A stretch of DNA of 64,000 nucleotides from Polyangiales bacterium (lineage in GTDB: Bacteria; Myxococcota_A; Polyangia; Polyangiales; JADJQN01). The DNA is taken from assembly GCA_964202905.1 (NCBI GenBank), contig CAXNJO010000004.1:322345-386344 (forward strand). Direction: 5' to 3'. Shown in pieces: positions 12,010 through 21,322 of the stretch. The notes below the pieces were generated by a model. It made no database searches and was not told the DNA's origin. It was given only the letters and a program-made list of their open reading frames with translations. The position numbers and the translations under genes were made by a program. The stretch's first letter is position 1; each line of letters begins with the position of its first letter.

Positions 12010-14085
12010 TCAGCCGGGCGTGACGAGCAGGTGGAAGTGCGCGACGCGGTTCACGGTGCGCGCGATGCCGCCGAGCAGCCGGAGGCGGTTCTGCTTGAGT
12101 TCTTCGCGCTCGACCATCACGAAGACCGTCTCGAAGAAGCTGTCGATCGGGCCGCGCAGCTCGCTGGCGACGAGCCCGAGGGCCTGCGCGTAGTGACCGG
12201 CTTCGATGGCGGCGTCGAGCGTGGGGCGCAGCCCAGCGAAGCGCTCCGCGAGTGCCCGCTCCGCCGGCTCTTCGAGGAGCGCGGCATCGACCGGCGCGTC
12301 GACCACGTCCTTCGCGATGTTCCAGGCGCGCTTGAACGCGACGGAGAGCGCGCCGAACTGCGGGAGGAGCCGCACCTCGGCGACCGCCCGCATGCGCGCG
12401 TCGAGGTCGCGCACAGAGCCCCCGTCCCACGCGGCGAGGACGGCGGCGACGAGGTCCGGCGCGTGGCGCTCTCCGTAGAAAGCCTCGAGGCGGGCGCGGA
12501 AGAAGGCGTCGAGCTTCGCGAGCGTCTCCGCAGCGGGCGCGAGGCGCTTCTCCTGCCGCGCGTACCCCGCGGCGGCGTGCGCGAGGGCCGCGCGGAGATC
12601 GACGTCCATCGGCCCCTCGAGCGCGATGCGGACCACGCCGAGCGCGGCACGGCGAAGCGCGAAGGGATCGGCGCTGCCGCTCGGAACGAGCCCGATGCCG
12701 AAACACCCCACGAGCGTGTCGAGCCGATCCGCGACCGCGACGAGCGCCGCGACGTGCTCACCGGGCACCTCGTCCCCCGCGCCCTTCGGCAGATAATGGT
12801 CGCGGATCGCGTCCGCCACGACGGGGTCCACGCCCTCGGCCAGCGCGTAGTAGCGCCCCATCAACCCCTGCAATTCAGGGAATTCCCCGACGATCAACGA
12901 GACGAGGTCGGACTTCGCGAGCTGGGCGGCCAGCGCGACCGATGCGCGCGGGACGGACGCGGGCGCGAGGGATTCGGCGAGCGCGCCGACGCGCTGGACC
13001 TTCTCCGCGACGGTGCCGAGCTTGTTCTGGAAGACGACGCCGGCGAGCCGCAGCGCCCGCTCGGAGAGGGCCGTCTTGCGGTCGTCGTCGACGAAAAAGC
13101 GCGCATCGGCGAGCCGGGCGCGGAGCACGCGGTCGTTGCCGCGCGCGATGCGGACGGGATCGTTCGCCGTGTTCGCGACCGTGAGGTAGCGGGGCAGGAG
13201 CGCCTTGGTTTGCGCGTCGCGCACGGCGAAGTAGCGCTGGTGACCGCGCATCACCGCGACGATGACCTCTTCGGGCAGCGTGAGGTACGCCTCCTCGAAG
13301 CGGCCCGCGACGACGTGCGGCTCCTCGACGAGCGAGAGGCATTCATCGAGCAGGAAGGTGTCCTCGATGAGCTCGCCGCCGGTCGCGCGGGCGCGCTCGA
13401 GCAGCGCCTCGTGCATGCGCGCGCGACGCTCGTCCGGGTCAGCGAGGACGTGCGCTGCACGCAGCACGTCGAGCCACGCGTCGGCCGACTCCACACGGAG
13501 GGGCGCGGGCGCGAGGAAGCGGTGTCCGAGCGTCTCCCGGCCCGAGGCGACGCCTGCGAACTCGAGCGGGATGAGCGTCTCCCCGTGCAACGCGACGATC
13601 CACTGCACCGGACGCCCGAAGGCGACCTCCCCCGCGCCCCAGCGCATGCTCTTCTGAAACGGCACCTGCGCGCAGAGCCGCGCGAGGACGTCGGGCAACA
13701 CCTCGGCGGACGGGCGCCCCTTCTCGTCGCGGCGGACGGCGACGTACGGGCCCTTGGGCGGTCGACGATCTCGACGTCGCTCAGGCGCCTTGCCGAGCTT
13801 CTTCGCGAAGGCCTCACCCGCCTTCGTCAGGGCGCCCGCGGCGTCGAAGGCGACGCTCTTCGGCGGGCCCATGACGAGCTCGTCGACGTCGGCCTGCGCG
13901 TCGGCCACGTCCGCGACGTGAAGCGCGAGGCGCCGCGGCGTCCCGAGCGCCCGCATCGGCCCGTGCGCGATGCGCGCGCCGGCGAGCCCCTTCGCGCAGA
14001 GTTCGGGCATCGCCTCGAGGGCGCGGGCGACGAAGGATGCCGGGAGTTCTTCGGTGCCGATCTCGAGGAGGAGGGTTCTTCCCAT
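12010..14085 (-). CDS. glyS: glycine--tRNA ligase beta subunit
   Basis: Start at the M of MGRTLLLEIGTEELPASFV (cat at 14083-14085). GlyS-family similarity along the whole length (FQNKLGT, GEFPELQGLMGRYYA). Confidence 0.9.
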   Translation of the reverse strand: MGRTLLLEIGTEELPASFVARALEAMPELCAKGLAGARIAHGPMRALGTPRRLALHVADVADAQADVDELVMGPPKSVAFDAAGALTKAGEAFAKKLGKAPERRRDRRPPKGPYVAVRRDEKGRPSAEVLPDVLARLCAQVPFQKSMRWGAGEVAFGRPVQWIVALHGETLIPLEFAGVASGRETLGHRFLAPAPLRVESADAWLDVLRAAHVLADPDERRARMHEALLERARATGGELIEDTFLLDECLSLVEEPHVVAGRFEEAYLTLPEEVIVAVMRGHQRYFAVRDAQTKALLPRYLTVANTANDPVRIARGNDRVLRARLADARFFVDDDRKTALSERALRLAGVVFQNKLGTVAEKVQRVGALAESLAPASVPRASVALAAQLAKSDLVSLIVGEFPELQGLMGRYYALAEGVDPVVADAIRDHYLPKGAGDEVPGEHVAALVAVADRLDTLVGCFGIGLVPSGSADPFALRRAALGVVRIALEGPMDVDLRAALAHAAAGYARQEKRLAPAAETLAKLDAFFRARLEAFYGERHAPDLVAAVLAAWDGGSVRDLDARMRAVAEVRLLPQFGALSVAFKRAWNIAKDVVDAPVDAALLEEPAERALAERFAGLRPTLDAAIEAGHYAQALGLVASELRGPIDSFFETVFVMVEREELKQNRLRLLGGIARTVNRVAHFHLLVTPG

Positions 14086-14163
14086 GGGGGCGCGGACTCT
14101 ATCGACGCGCGTCCCCGCGCGCAACGAATGCGGCGTCGTCGACGTCCAGCGCCCCCGTCGTCG

Positions 14164-15123
14164 TCACTCCGCGGCCGCGGCCGGGCGCGCGAGCAGCGGG
14201 AAGCCGAGCGCCTCACGCTGCGCGAGGTACGACTCCGCACAGGCACGCGCGATGTGGCGCACGCGCCCGATGAAACGCTGGCGCTCGGTCACGCTGATCG
14301 CGCCGCGCGCGTCGAGCACGTTGAACGCGTGGCTGCTCTTGACGACGCAGTCGTAGGCCGGGAGCACGAGCCGCGCGAGCGGGTCCGCCTTCTCGAAGAC
14401 GAGCGCCGTGCCGCCGCCCTTCCCCGCCGGCGCCTTCTCGTCGCTCAGACCGAGCAACGCCTTGCACTGCGACTCCATCGCGTCGAACTGGTGGAAGTGC
14501 AGCGCGACGTCCGCGCGCTCGAAGTTGTAGGTGCTCCACTCGCGCTCGGCGCGCTGGAAGACGTCCCCGTACCGCACGCCCGCGCCGTACTCGACGTCGT
14601 AGACGGAGTCGACGTCCTGCAGGTAGGAGGCGATGCGCTCGAGGCCGTATGTCAGCTCGCCGCTGATGGGCTTGCAATCGACGCCACCGCACTGCTGGAA
14701 GTACGTGAACTGCGAGATCTCGAGGCCATCCAGCCAGACCTGCCAGCCGAGCCCCCAGGCGCCGAGCGTCGGGGATTCCCAGTCGTCCTCGATGAAGCGC
14801 AGGTCGTGCTGGCTCGGGTCGGTGCCGAGGGCGCGGAGGGAGTCGAGATACAACTCCTGGATGTCGCGCGGGGACGGCTTGAGGATGACTTGAAACTGAT
14901 GGAACTGCTGGAGACGATTCGGATTTTCGCCGTAGCGCCCATCCGTCGGGCGACGCGAGGGCTCGACGTACGCGACGTTCCAGGGCTCCGGGCCGAGCGC
15001 GCGGAGGAACGAGTGCGGGTTGAAGGTCCCGGCGCCGACCTCGGAGTTGTAGGGCTGCACGATCAGGCACCCACGGTCGGCCCAGAACTTCTGAAGCGTG
15101 AGGATGATCTCCTGGAACGTCAT
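14164..15123 (-). CDS. glyQ: glycine--tRNA ligase alpha subunit
   Basis: [36 protein letters not shown] is a canonical GlyQ N-terminus. Start cat at 15121-15123. Confidence 0.9.
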   Translation of the reverse strand: MTFQEIILTLQKFWADRGCLIVQPYNSEVGAGTFNPHSFLRALGPEPWNVAYVEPSRRPTDGRYGENPNRLQQFHQFQVILKPSPRDIQELYLDSLRALGTDPSQHDLRFIEDDWESPTLGAWGLGWQVWLDGLEISQFTYFQQCGGVDCKPISGELTYGLERIASYLQDVDSVYDVEYGAGVRYGDVFQRAEREWSTYNFERADVALHFHQFDAMESQCKALLGLSDEKAPAGKGGGTALVFEKADPLARLVLPAYDCVVKSSHAFNVLDARGAISVTERQRFIGRVRHIARACAESYLAQREALGFPLLARPAAAAE

Positions 15124-15161
15124 GGCGGAGCGCCTTACCGCGGACGACGGGGCCCGGTCAA

Positions 15162-16538
15162 TCAAGCGTCGTCGTCGTCCTCATCCTCCTCGTCGTCCTC
15201 ATCCTCATCCTCATCCTCATCGTCGTCGTCCTCATCGTCGTCGTCGCCTTCGTCGTCGTCCTCATCCTCGTCGTCGGTGGCGGCGTCGGGCGCGGCGTCG
15301 GGCTCCTCGCCGCCTTCATGCCCGGCGTCGCGGGGCGTGATGTCACCGTCTGCGGCCGCTTCGTCGCCGCCTTCCGCGCCGCCCACGTCGGGCGGGGCGT
15401 CGCCGCGCGCCGCGTCCACGTCGGTGGGCACGTCGTCCGCCTCGCCCTCACCGACGACCTCGCCGTGCGGGTCGCGGTCGACCTCCGCGACGGCGTCCGA
15501 GGCCTCGCGATCCGCCGCCTCGCGGACGCCATGCGTCTCGCCGGCGATCTCCTCGCGCGACACGCCGATGTCGCCGAGCGGCTCGCCGCTGCGCCGCTCG
15601 AAGAGCGCCCTGCTCTCGTCGCTGAGCTCGCTGAACTCGCGCAGCGTCGGCAAGTCCCGCAGCGACGCGAGGCTGAAGAACTCGAGGAACTGCGCGGTCG
15701 TGCCGTAGATGAGCGGGCGGCCCGCCTCTTCCTTCTTGCCGAGGATCTTGAGCAGGCCGCGGTCGAGCAGCACCTTCAGCGCCGAGCCCGAGTCCACGCC
15801 GCGGATGTCGTCGATCTCGGGGCGCGTCACGGGTTGCCGGTACGCGACGATGGAGAGCGTCTCGACCTGTGCGCGGGAGAGGCGCACCGGCTTCGCGGCG
15901 ACGTAATCGCGGACGAAGGGCGCCGCGACCGCGCTCGTGCGGAACTGGAAGCCGCCCGACACCTCGACGAGCTCGACGCCGCGGCCGCGGTACTCCTCGA
16001 CCAGGTCGGAGATCAGCGGCTTCAACTCGGGGGCGCGGGCGTTTGCGGCACGGGCGAGCTCGCCGACCGTCACGGGCTTGTCGGACGCGAAGATGAGCGC
16101 CTCGACGACGGACTTCAGGTGCGAGGCACCGACGACGACGGGCGGCGCCTTCTCGAGGCCGGGGCCGAGGTCGTCGTCGTCGAGAGGGAGGCGTTCGCCG
16201 GCGGCTTCGCCGCTCGAGAGGATGTCCTCGGGCAGCACGACCGGGAGCGGAGGATCCGACGCGTCTTCCGTCACCGGCGCCTGAAGCTCGACGGCGGTGT
16301 GCCAGGGCGCATCGTCCTGCGGCGACGGCACGCCCTCCGCGCGCGCCACGTCGTCCGCCGCACTCGGCGAGTCACCGTCCGTCCCGGCCGAATGCGCGAC
16401 CTCGTCGCCCGCGGATGGGGCGACCGGGTCGGGCGCGTCCGCGTCGCCGCGCGGTGGCTCGACCGACGCCGCCCCAGCGCCGTCGCCCGGTACGGCGGGA
16501 TCGGCCGATGTCTTCGGCGGCTGGCGCTTGCGGGTCAT
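15162..16538 (-). CDS. scpB: segregation and condensation protein B with a ~140-aa Pro/Asp/Ala-rich N-terminal extension and a 36-residue poly-acidic C-terminal tail
   Basis: Core [24 protein letters not shown]...[29 protein letters not shown] matches ScpB. The ATG at 16538 overlaps the scpA stop (ATGA), which supports the long form. Confidence 0.75.
   Translation of the reverse strand: MTRKRQPPKTSADPAVPGDGAGAASVEPPRGDADAPDPVAPSAGDEVAHSAGTDGDSPSAADDVARAEGVPSPQDDAPWHTAVELQAPVTEDASDPPLPVVLPEDILSSGEAAGERLPLDDDDLGPGLEKAPPVVVGASHLKSVVEALIFASDKPVTVGELARAANARAPELKPLISDLVEEYRGRGVELVEVSGGFQFRTSAVAAPFVRDYVAAKPVRLSRAQVETLSIVAYRQPVTRPEIDDIRGVDSGSALKVLLDRGLLKILGKKEEAGRPLIYGTTAQFLEFFSLASLRDLPTLREFSELSDESRALFERRSGEPLGDIGVSREEIAGETHGVREAADREASDAVAEVDRDPHGEVVGEGEADDVPTDVDAARGDAPPDVGGAEGGDEAAADGDITPRDAGHEGGEEPDAAPDAATDDEDEDDDEGDDDDEDDDDEDEDEDEDDEEDEDDDDA
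15165..15272 (-). repeat. GAY/GAR codon low-complexity tract encoding [37 protein letters not shown] at the scpB C-terminus
   Basis: On the + strand it appears as tcgtcgtcgtcctcatcctcctcgtcgtcctcatcctcatc... Confidence 0.7.
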
Positions 16539-17584
16539 GGCGTCTCGTCGTCCGTCGCGGGCGTCGAGGGATGCCCGCTCGCGTCGCCGAGATCAAGAAT
16601 CTGGGGATCCACGGCTTCCTCGCGCTCCCCTTCGACACCGACGACGGGCGACGCCGGCGGTTCGGCTTCGGGCTCGAACACCGAGTCCGCCTCGAGCGAG
16701 CCCGGTGGTTCGGCTTCAGGCTCGAAGATCGGCTCCGACTCGAACGCAAGGCCCGGTTCGGGCTCCGGGCTGCGGTAGGCGAACGAGTCCTCGCCGTCGC
16801 TGCGCACTGCCCTCGCCTCGTCGTGCTCGCCGAGGATGGCGCTCTCGAGGTAGAGCGGCGAGTACGCGTCGGCTTGGTAGACGCGGACGAGGCGCATCTT
16901 CGCCATCTCGAGCAGCGCGAGGAACGTCACCACGAGCTCGTACGAGCTCCGGAAGGCGTCGAAGAGCTCGTCGAAGGACGCGCGCTCCACCCGCGAGAGC
17001 CGCTCGGTGATCTCGGCCATGCGCGCTTGAATCGTGATCTGCTCGGCGTCGATCTCGCGCGAGAGTTCGACCTTCGAGCGCTTCACGACGCGTTGGAAGG
17101 CATCGAGCAGTTTGTAGAGACCGACCTCGGCGAGCGGCGCGGGCCCCTGCGCCTCGACGGCCGGCGTGCCGCGGAGGAAGACGTCGCGCCCCGCGATCCC
17201 GCGGGCGCTGAGCGCCTCGGCCGCGGCTTTGTACTTCTGGTACTCGAGGAGCCGAAGGATCAGCTCCGCCCGCGGGTCGGCGACCTCCTCGTCGCTGTCG
17301 GGCTCGTCGGCCTGCGCGTCGGGGTCGGGCGGAAGCAGCATCTTCGACTTGATGAACGCGAGCGTCGCCGCCATCAGCAGGTACTCGGCGGCGATGTCGA
17401 GGTTCAGGTGCTCCAGCAGGCCGAGGTACGCGAGGTACTTGTCGGTCACGAACGCGATCGGCAGGTCGAGGATCGGGAGTTCGTGCTGCTGGATGAGGTG
17501 CAGCAACAGGTCGAGCGGCCCCTGGAACGAGGGCAACTCGATGACGAAGTCCGGGTCGAGGGGGCGCTTGAGCCCGTCGCTCAC
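16535..17584 (-). CDS. scpA: segregation and condensation protein A (kleisin) with a C-terminal acidic FEPEAEPP-repeat extension
   Basis: VSDGLKRPLDPDFVIELPSFQGPLDLLLHLIQQHELPILDLPIAFVTDKYLAYL is ScpA-like. The GTG start at 17582-17584 overlaps the M50 protease stop (GTGA). The long ORF upstream of it in the track is an artefactual overlap. Confidence 0.75.
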   Translation of the reverse strand: MSDGLKRPLDPDFVIELPSFQGPLDLLLHLIQQHELPILDLPIAFVTDKYLAYLGLLEHLNLDIAAEYLLMAATLAFIKSKMLLPPDPDAQADEPDSDEEVADPRAELILRLLEYQKYKAAAEALSARGIAGRDVFLRGTPAVEAQGPAPLAEVGLYKLLDAFQRVVKRSKVELSREIDAEQITIQARMAEITERLSRVERASFDELFDAFRSSYELVVTFLALLEMAKMRLVRVYQADAYSPLYLESAILGEHDEARAVRSDGEDSFAYRSPEPEPGLAFESEPIFEPEAEPPGSLEADSVFEPEAEPPASPVVGVEGEREEAVDPQILDLGDASGHPSTPATDDETP

Positions 17585-18258
17585 GCCACGCCCCCGAGCG
17601 CCATGAGCCAGCGCGTCGTGCCGTCGATGAGCGGTCCGATCACGAGCCAGCCGAGCGGCCGCGCCATCCCGGGGAGCCGCACGAAGAACACCGCGATGAA
17701 CAGGAAGAACGCGTAGCGCTGGACGAATTCCTTCACGTCGGACCACGCGCGCGGCCAGAGGTGCGAGCCGTCGAGCGGCGGCACGGGCACGAGGTTGAAG
17801 AACGCGAGCATCACGTTCAGCGAGATCATCAGCTCGATCGCGTCCCAGAGCAGCGAACGGCCGGCGAGCAGATGCGGCGCGAAGAGCACGGCGAGGCGCA
17901 GCGCGAGCGCGCTCAGCAAGGCGAGCAGGAGGTTGGAGCCGGGTCCGGCGAGCGCGCACAGCGCCGTGCCCTGCCAGAGGCTCACGCGTCGCGTGAAGTT
18001 CGCTGGGACGAACTCGACAGGCTTCGCCCAGCCGAAGAACGGCGCGGGGACCCCGAGCGCGTTCAGCACGAGCGCGATGCCCGGGAACACGACCGACCCG
18101 AAGGGGTCCAGGTGCGCGAGCGGCGAGAGCGTGAGCCGCCCCTGACGCCGCGGCGTCGCGTCGCCGAGGCGCGTCGCGACCCACGCGTGCGCGAGCTCGT
18201 GGAAGGAGAGCGAGAAGAGCAGCGCCGGAACGGCGAGGACGATCAGCTTCAGATCCAA
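17581..18258 (-). CDS. site-2 protease family (M50) zinc metallopeptidase, membrane protein
   Basis: HELAHAWVATRLGD is an HExxH-type motif. NLVPVPPLDGSH is the LDG motif. Multiple TM segments. It lies in a different frame from the scpA-extension ORF. Confidence 0.75.
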   Translation of the reverse strand: MDLKLIVLAVPALLFSLSFHELAHAWVATRLGDATPRRQGRLTLSPLAHLDPFGSVVFPGIALVLNALGVPAPFFGWAKPVEFVPANFTRRVSLWQGTALCALAGPGSNLLLALLSALALRLAVLFAPHLLAGRSLLWDAIELMISLNVMLAFFNLVPVPPLDGSHLWPRAWSDVKEFVQRYAFFLFIAVFFVRLPGMARPLGWLVIGPLIDGTTRWLMALGGVA

Positions 18259-18303
18259 GGTCGCGCGCCTCCAGCCGGGCGGACGGGCTACACTCCCGCG
18301 GCC

Positions 18304-18876
18304 GTGCTGTCAACGCAGTGGCCCGACGCGTCCCCAGCCCGCAGACGCCCTCTGCGCCCCCGATCGGGCCCGGGCCGCGCGGCCCTGCGCGGTCTGGCGT
18401 GCGCGCTCGCGCTCGCCACGACGTCCTGCGCGCGGACCGCGCCCGTCCGCGATGCCGAGGCGGAGCGCGACGTCACGTGCGGCTCGGGCGGCGTGGAGGC
18501 GGGCGGGAGCGCTGGGCGTTTTCTTCCGCTGCCGCGGAGCGGGGGCGAGCTGCCCATCGTGCGCGGCGCGCAAGGCGGCATCCACGTCCTCGTCGGGTTC
18601 CGCGTCCTCGCGGTGCCGCTCACGCTCACCGCGACATACCGGCTGCGCGACCCGGGCACGGGCGAGACGGTCGGCGCGCCGACCGTGCGTGCGCTCGGGC
18701 CAGGCCTCTATCGCGTCGACAGGGTGGGGACCGCGCGCGTCGACGACCTGCTCGTGCTCGATCCGGACACGCCGCGCGTCGAGGACTTCGCCGGCCGCGT
18801 GGTCGCGCTCGAGCTCGAGGTCGTGACCGCCGCGGGGGCGTGCGCGCGGGACACGCGGACCGTCACCCTGCAGTGA
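18304..18876 (+). CDS. hypothetical secreted protein or lipoprotein
   Basis: An in-frame GTG at 18304 precedes RRRPLRPRSGPGRAALRGLACALALATTSCA (signal-like). The remainder is non-repetitive. It is divergent from the M50 gene. The start is uncertain. Confidence 0.4.
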   Translation: MLSTQWPDASPARRRPLRPRSGPGRAALRGLACALALATTSCARTAPVRDAEAERDVTCGSGGVEAGGSAGRFLPLPRSGGELPIVRGAQGGIHVLVGFRVLAVPLTLTATYRLRDPGTGETVGAPTVRALGPGLYRVDRVGTARVDDLLVLDPDTPRVEDFAGRVVALELEVVTAAGACARDTRTVTLQ

Positions 18877-19059
18877 CGCCGTGTCCCGACGCGCGCGGAC
18901 ACCATGGAAACGCGGGCAAGATCAACGAAGCTTGCTATCGTCGCGCCGATGTCATCTGAGTATCCGAGGGGGGGAGGACGGGGAACCTCTGCCCCGCCGA
19001 GCGCCGCGCCGCGGCTCGACCGGTCGCGTCTGCGGTTTCTCGACCCCGGAGAGGCCGAC

Positions 19060-19584
19060 ATGTCCATCGCGTTCGAGACCTCGCTCCTGGGGTTCGCCGA
19101 CACCAGCACGTCCATCGACCTCGACGAAGAGGCCGGCGCGTACCGGGCGCGCGGGCGCGTCGCGGAGATCACGCCGGGGCGGCTCGTGCTCGCGAACAAC
19201 TACGGAGACCTGCTCCAGATCCGCGTCCGATTGCCGGCCGCACTCGACCTGTCGCCGCTGCTCGGCAGCACGGTCGGCGTCCAGCTCTCGCACAAGCCCG
19301 GACCGGACCGCACCACCATCGACGCGGTGATCCGTGACGCGCGCGGCGCGCTGATCCTGTGGGCCCGCGACGGTGCCTTCCCCGGCGGTCGCGGCGCGAT
19401 GGGCGTCCACGTCCGGCTCGGGCGCGATGGCGGTCTCGCAGCGCTGCAGGTCGTTGGCAGCGGCGGCTCGCTGCTCCTGCGGCCGGGCCTCACCGGCGAG
19501 ACCACCGTCGGCCGAGTGCCCCTCACGTTCGCGGCGCTCCGGGTCGGCGACGCGGACGGCTCGTTCTTCGCCGTCCGGCTCTGA
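19060..19584 (+). CDS. hypothetical protein (174 aa)
   Basis: ATG at 19060 is preceded by GGAGAGG at -8. Balanced composition (MSIAFETSLLGFADTSTSIDLDEEAGAYRARGRVAEITPGRLV...). Confidence 0.45.
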   Translation: MSIAFETSLLGFADTSTSIDLDEEAGAYRARGRVAEITPGRLVLANNYGDLLQIRVRLPAALDLSPLLGSTVGVQLSHKPGPDRTTIDAVIRDARGALILWARDGAFPGGRGAMGVHVRLGRDGGLAALQVVGSGGSLLLRPGLTGETTVGRVPLTFAALRVGDADGSFFAVRL

Positions 19585-19694
19585 GCGCGTCGGGCTTCCG
19601 CGCGGCGTCGCCCGCGCCGGTCACCGCGCTGCCTCCAGACGTCGCGCCCCCACACTACCGCGGGGCGCGCCTCGCACGGCGCACTCCGCGCCGC

Positions 19695-20723
19695 TCAGAT
19701 CGCGGGCGTCATCGACGCATCGAGCTCCGCCGCGTCGGGCACGTCGGCATCGCCGACCGGCGCGCCGCCGTCGACATCCATCACGCCGGCGTCCACGGCG
19801 GGCGTGCCACCATCCACGCGGGGCGAGCACATGCCGACGGTGCCGGGGAAGGCCTCCGGCCCGCAGCACACGCCGCCCCCGAAAAAGCTCGGCCCGCAGA
19901 TGTCCTCGCCGGAACAGGTCACGCCGCACCCGCCGCAGTTGCTCGCGTCGGCCGCGACGCAGGCGTCCGCGCAGCAGAGTTGCCCCGCGGCGCAGACCGC
20001 GCCGCCGCACGTCGCGACGCACATGCCGCCCGCGCAGGCGGTGTCGGCCGCGCAGGTGTTGCCGCAACGCCCGCAGTTGAAGGCGTCGAGGTCGGTGTTG
20101 ATGCACATCGCCGCGTCGTCCGCGCCGCAGCACGTCGCGCCCGCGGGGCACGGCCCGCCGAGGAGGCCGCAGTTCGCCTGACACGTGAAGCCGCTGCCCG
20201 TGTTCCGGCAGATCTGCCCCGCGGCGCAGGCGCGGCCGAGCGTGCCGCACGTGCACGCCGTGCCCGAGCACGCGCTGGCGGTCATCGGGTCACACGCGTT
20301 CCCGCACGACCCGCAGTTCATGAAGCTCCGGTCGGAGCGCCCGTCCGTGCCCGAGGCGACGCTGCGGTTCACGCACGACGTCCCGCAACAGCGTTGCGTC
20401 GAGGGGCACGAGGGCGAACACGCGCCAGGCGGGCCGAGGTCGACGCCCGGCACGGAGCCGTCATTCATCGGCATGCCGCTCACGCACGTCCCGACCCGGC
20501 AGAGCTGCCCTGCGGCGCAACGCACGCCGCAGCCGCCGCAGTTGTTCGCGTCCGTCGTGACGGGCACGCACACGCCGTCGCACGAGCGCTCGAACGACGA
20601 CGCGCACGGAGGCGTCACCATCCGGTCATCGGTGCACCCCGCGAGGCCGAGCGCGGCGGACGCGAACACGAGGACGAAGGCGAGGAAGGACGCGGGGAGG
20701 CGGACGCTGGCGGGGCTGGTCAT
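19695..20723 (-). CDS. Cys-rich secreted lipoprotein with tandem NCGxCGxxC repeats (Myxococcus cysteine-rich repeat type)
   Basis: Signal plus lipobox ASAALGLAGC. Repeated CxxxNNCGGCGVxC...GxC motifs occur about eight times. The Cys content is very high. Confidence 0.7.
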   Translation of the reverse strand: MTSPASVRLPASFLAFVLVFASAALGLAGCTDDRMVTPPCASSFERSCDGVCVPVTTDANNCGGCGVRCAAGQLCRVGTCVSGMPMNDGSVPGVDLGPPGACSPSCPSTQRCCGTSCVNRSVASGTDGRSDRSFMNCGSCGNACDPMTASACSGTACTCGTLGRACAAGQICRNTGSGFTCQANCGLLGGPCPAGATCCGADDAAMCINTDLDAFNCGRCGNTCAADTACAGGMCVATCGGAVCAAGQLCCADACVAADASNCGGCGVTCSGEDICGPSFFGGGVCCGPEAFPGTVGMCSPRVDGGTPAVDAGVMDVDGGAPVGDADVPDAAELDASMTPAI

Positions 20724-20829
20724 CGGGCGCGTGTCTCCGGAGCGCGCCGAGGGGGCGCGACAGGCAAGCGACGGAAACGCTACAGGTCGGGCGCGCGCGG
20801 TGTCAATCGCGCCCGCCCCTCCGCGCCGC

Positions 20830-21288
20830 TCAGGCGCCGAGGTCGGCGAGGACCTGCGCGGCGTGGCCGTCGGCCTTCACCTTCGGGTAGTGCTTGCGCA
20901 CCTTGCCGTCCGGCCCGACCACGACGGTGCTCCGGAGGATGCCCATCGACTTCTTGCCGTAGAGCACCTTCTCGCCCCACGCGCCGTAGGCCTCGATCAT
21001 CGCGCCCTCCGGATCGCTGAGCAGCGCGAATCCGAGCGCGTGCTTGTCGCGGAACTTGCAGTGCGAGGCGACCGAGTCCTTCGACACGCCGAGCACGAGG
21101 GCGCCGCGCTTCTCGAACTCGCCGCGCAGGTCGCGGAACTGCTGGGCCTCGAGCGTGCAGCCGGGGGTCGCGTCCTTCGGGTAGAAGTAGAGGACGACGG
21201 TGTGACCTTCGAGGCTTGCGAGCGAAATCTGCCCGCCTTCGGACGACTCGAGAGAGAACGCGGGAGCCTTCTTGCCGACGGTGATCAT
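20830..21288 (-). CDS. bcp: thiol peroxidase / peroxiredoxin Bcp
   Basis: FYPKDATPGCT active-site motif; 152 aa. Full-length similarity to Bcp/PrxQ. Confidence 0.85.
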   Translation of the reverse strand: MITVGKKAPAFSLESSEGGQISLASLEGHTVVLYFYPKDATPGCTLEAQQFRDLRGEFEKRGALVLGVSKDSVASHCKFRDKHALGFALLSDPEGAMIEAYGAWGEKVLYGKKSMGILRSTVVVGPDGKVRKHYPKVKADGHAAQVLADLGA

Positions 21289-21322
21289 GGGCGCGGAGCC
21301 TACGCCCCGCGCGCGGACGGGA

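Noticed and set aside
11659-15708. 1349-aa + strand ORF, the longest in the window, ending in a ~40-residue poly-Ser tract
   Set aside because: It is entirely antisense to glyS, glyQ and scpB. It is Arg/Gly/Asp-rich and of low complexity. The poly-Ser is simply the antisense reading of the scpB acidic GAY tract. It is a typical high-GC open-frame artefact.
16535-18313. 592-aa version of ScpA
   Set aside because: Residues 1-243 overlap the M50 protease gene. ScpA homology begins at the GTG at 17584, which forms a GTGA overlap with the protease stop.
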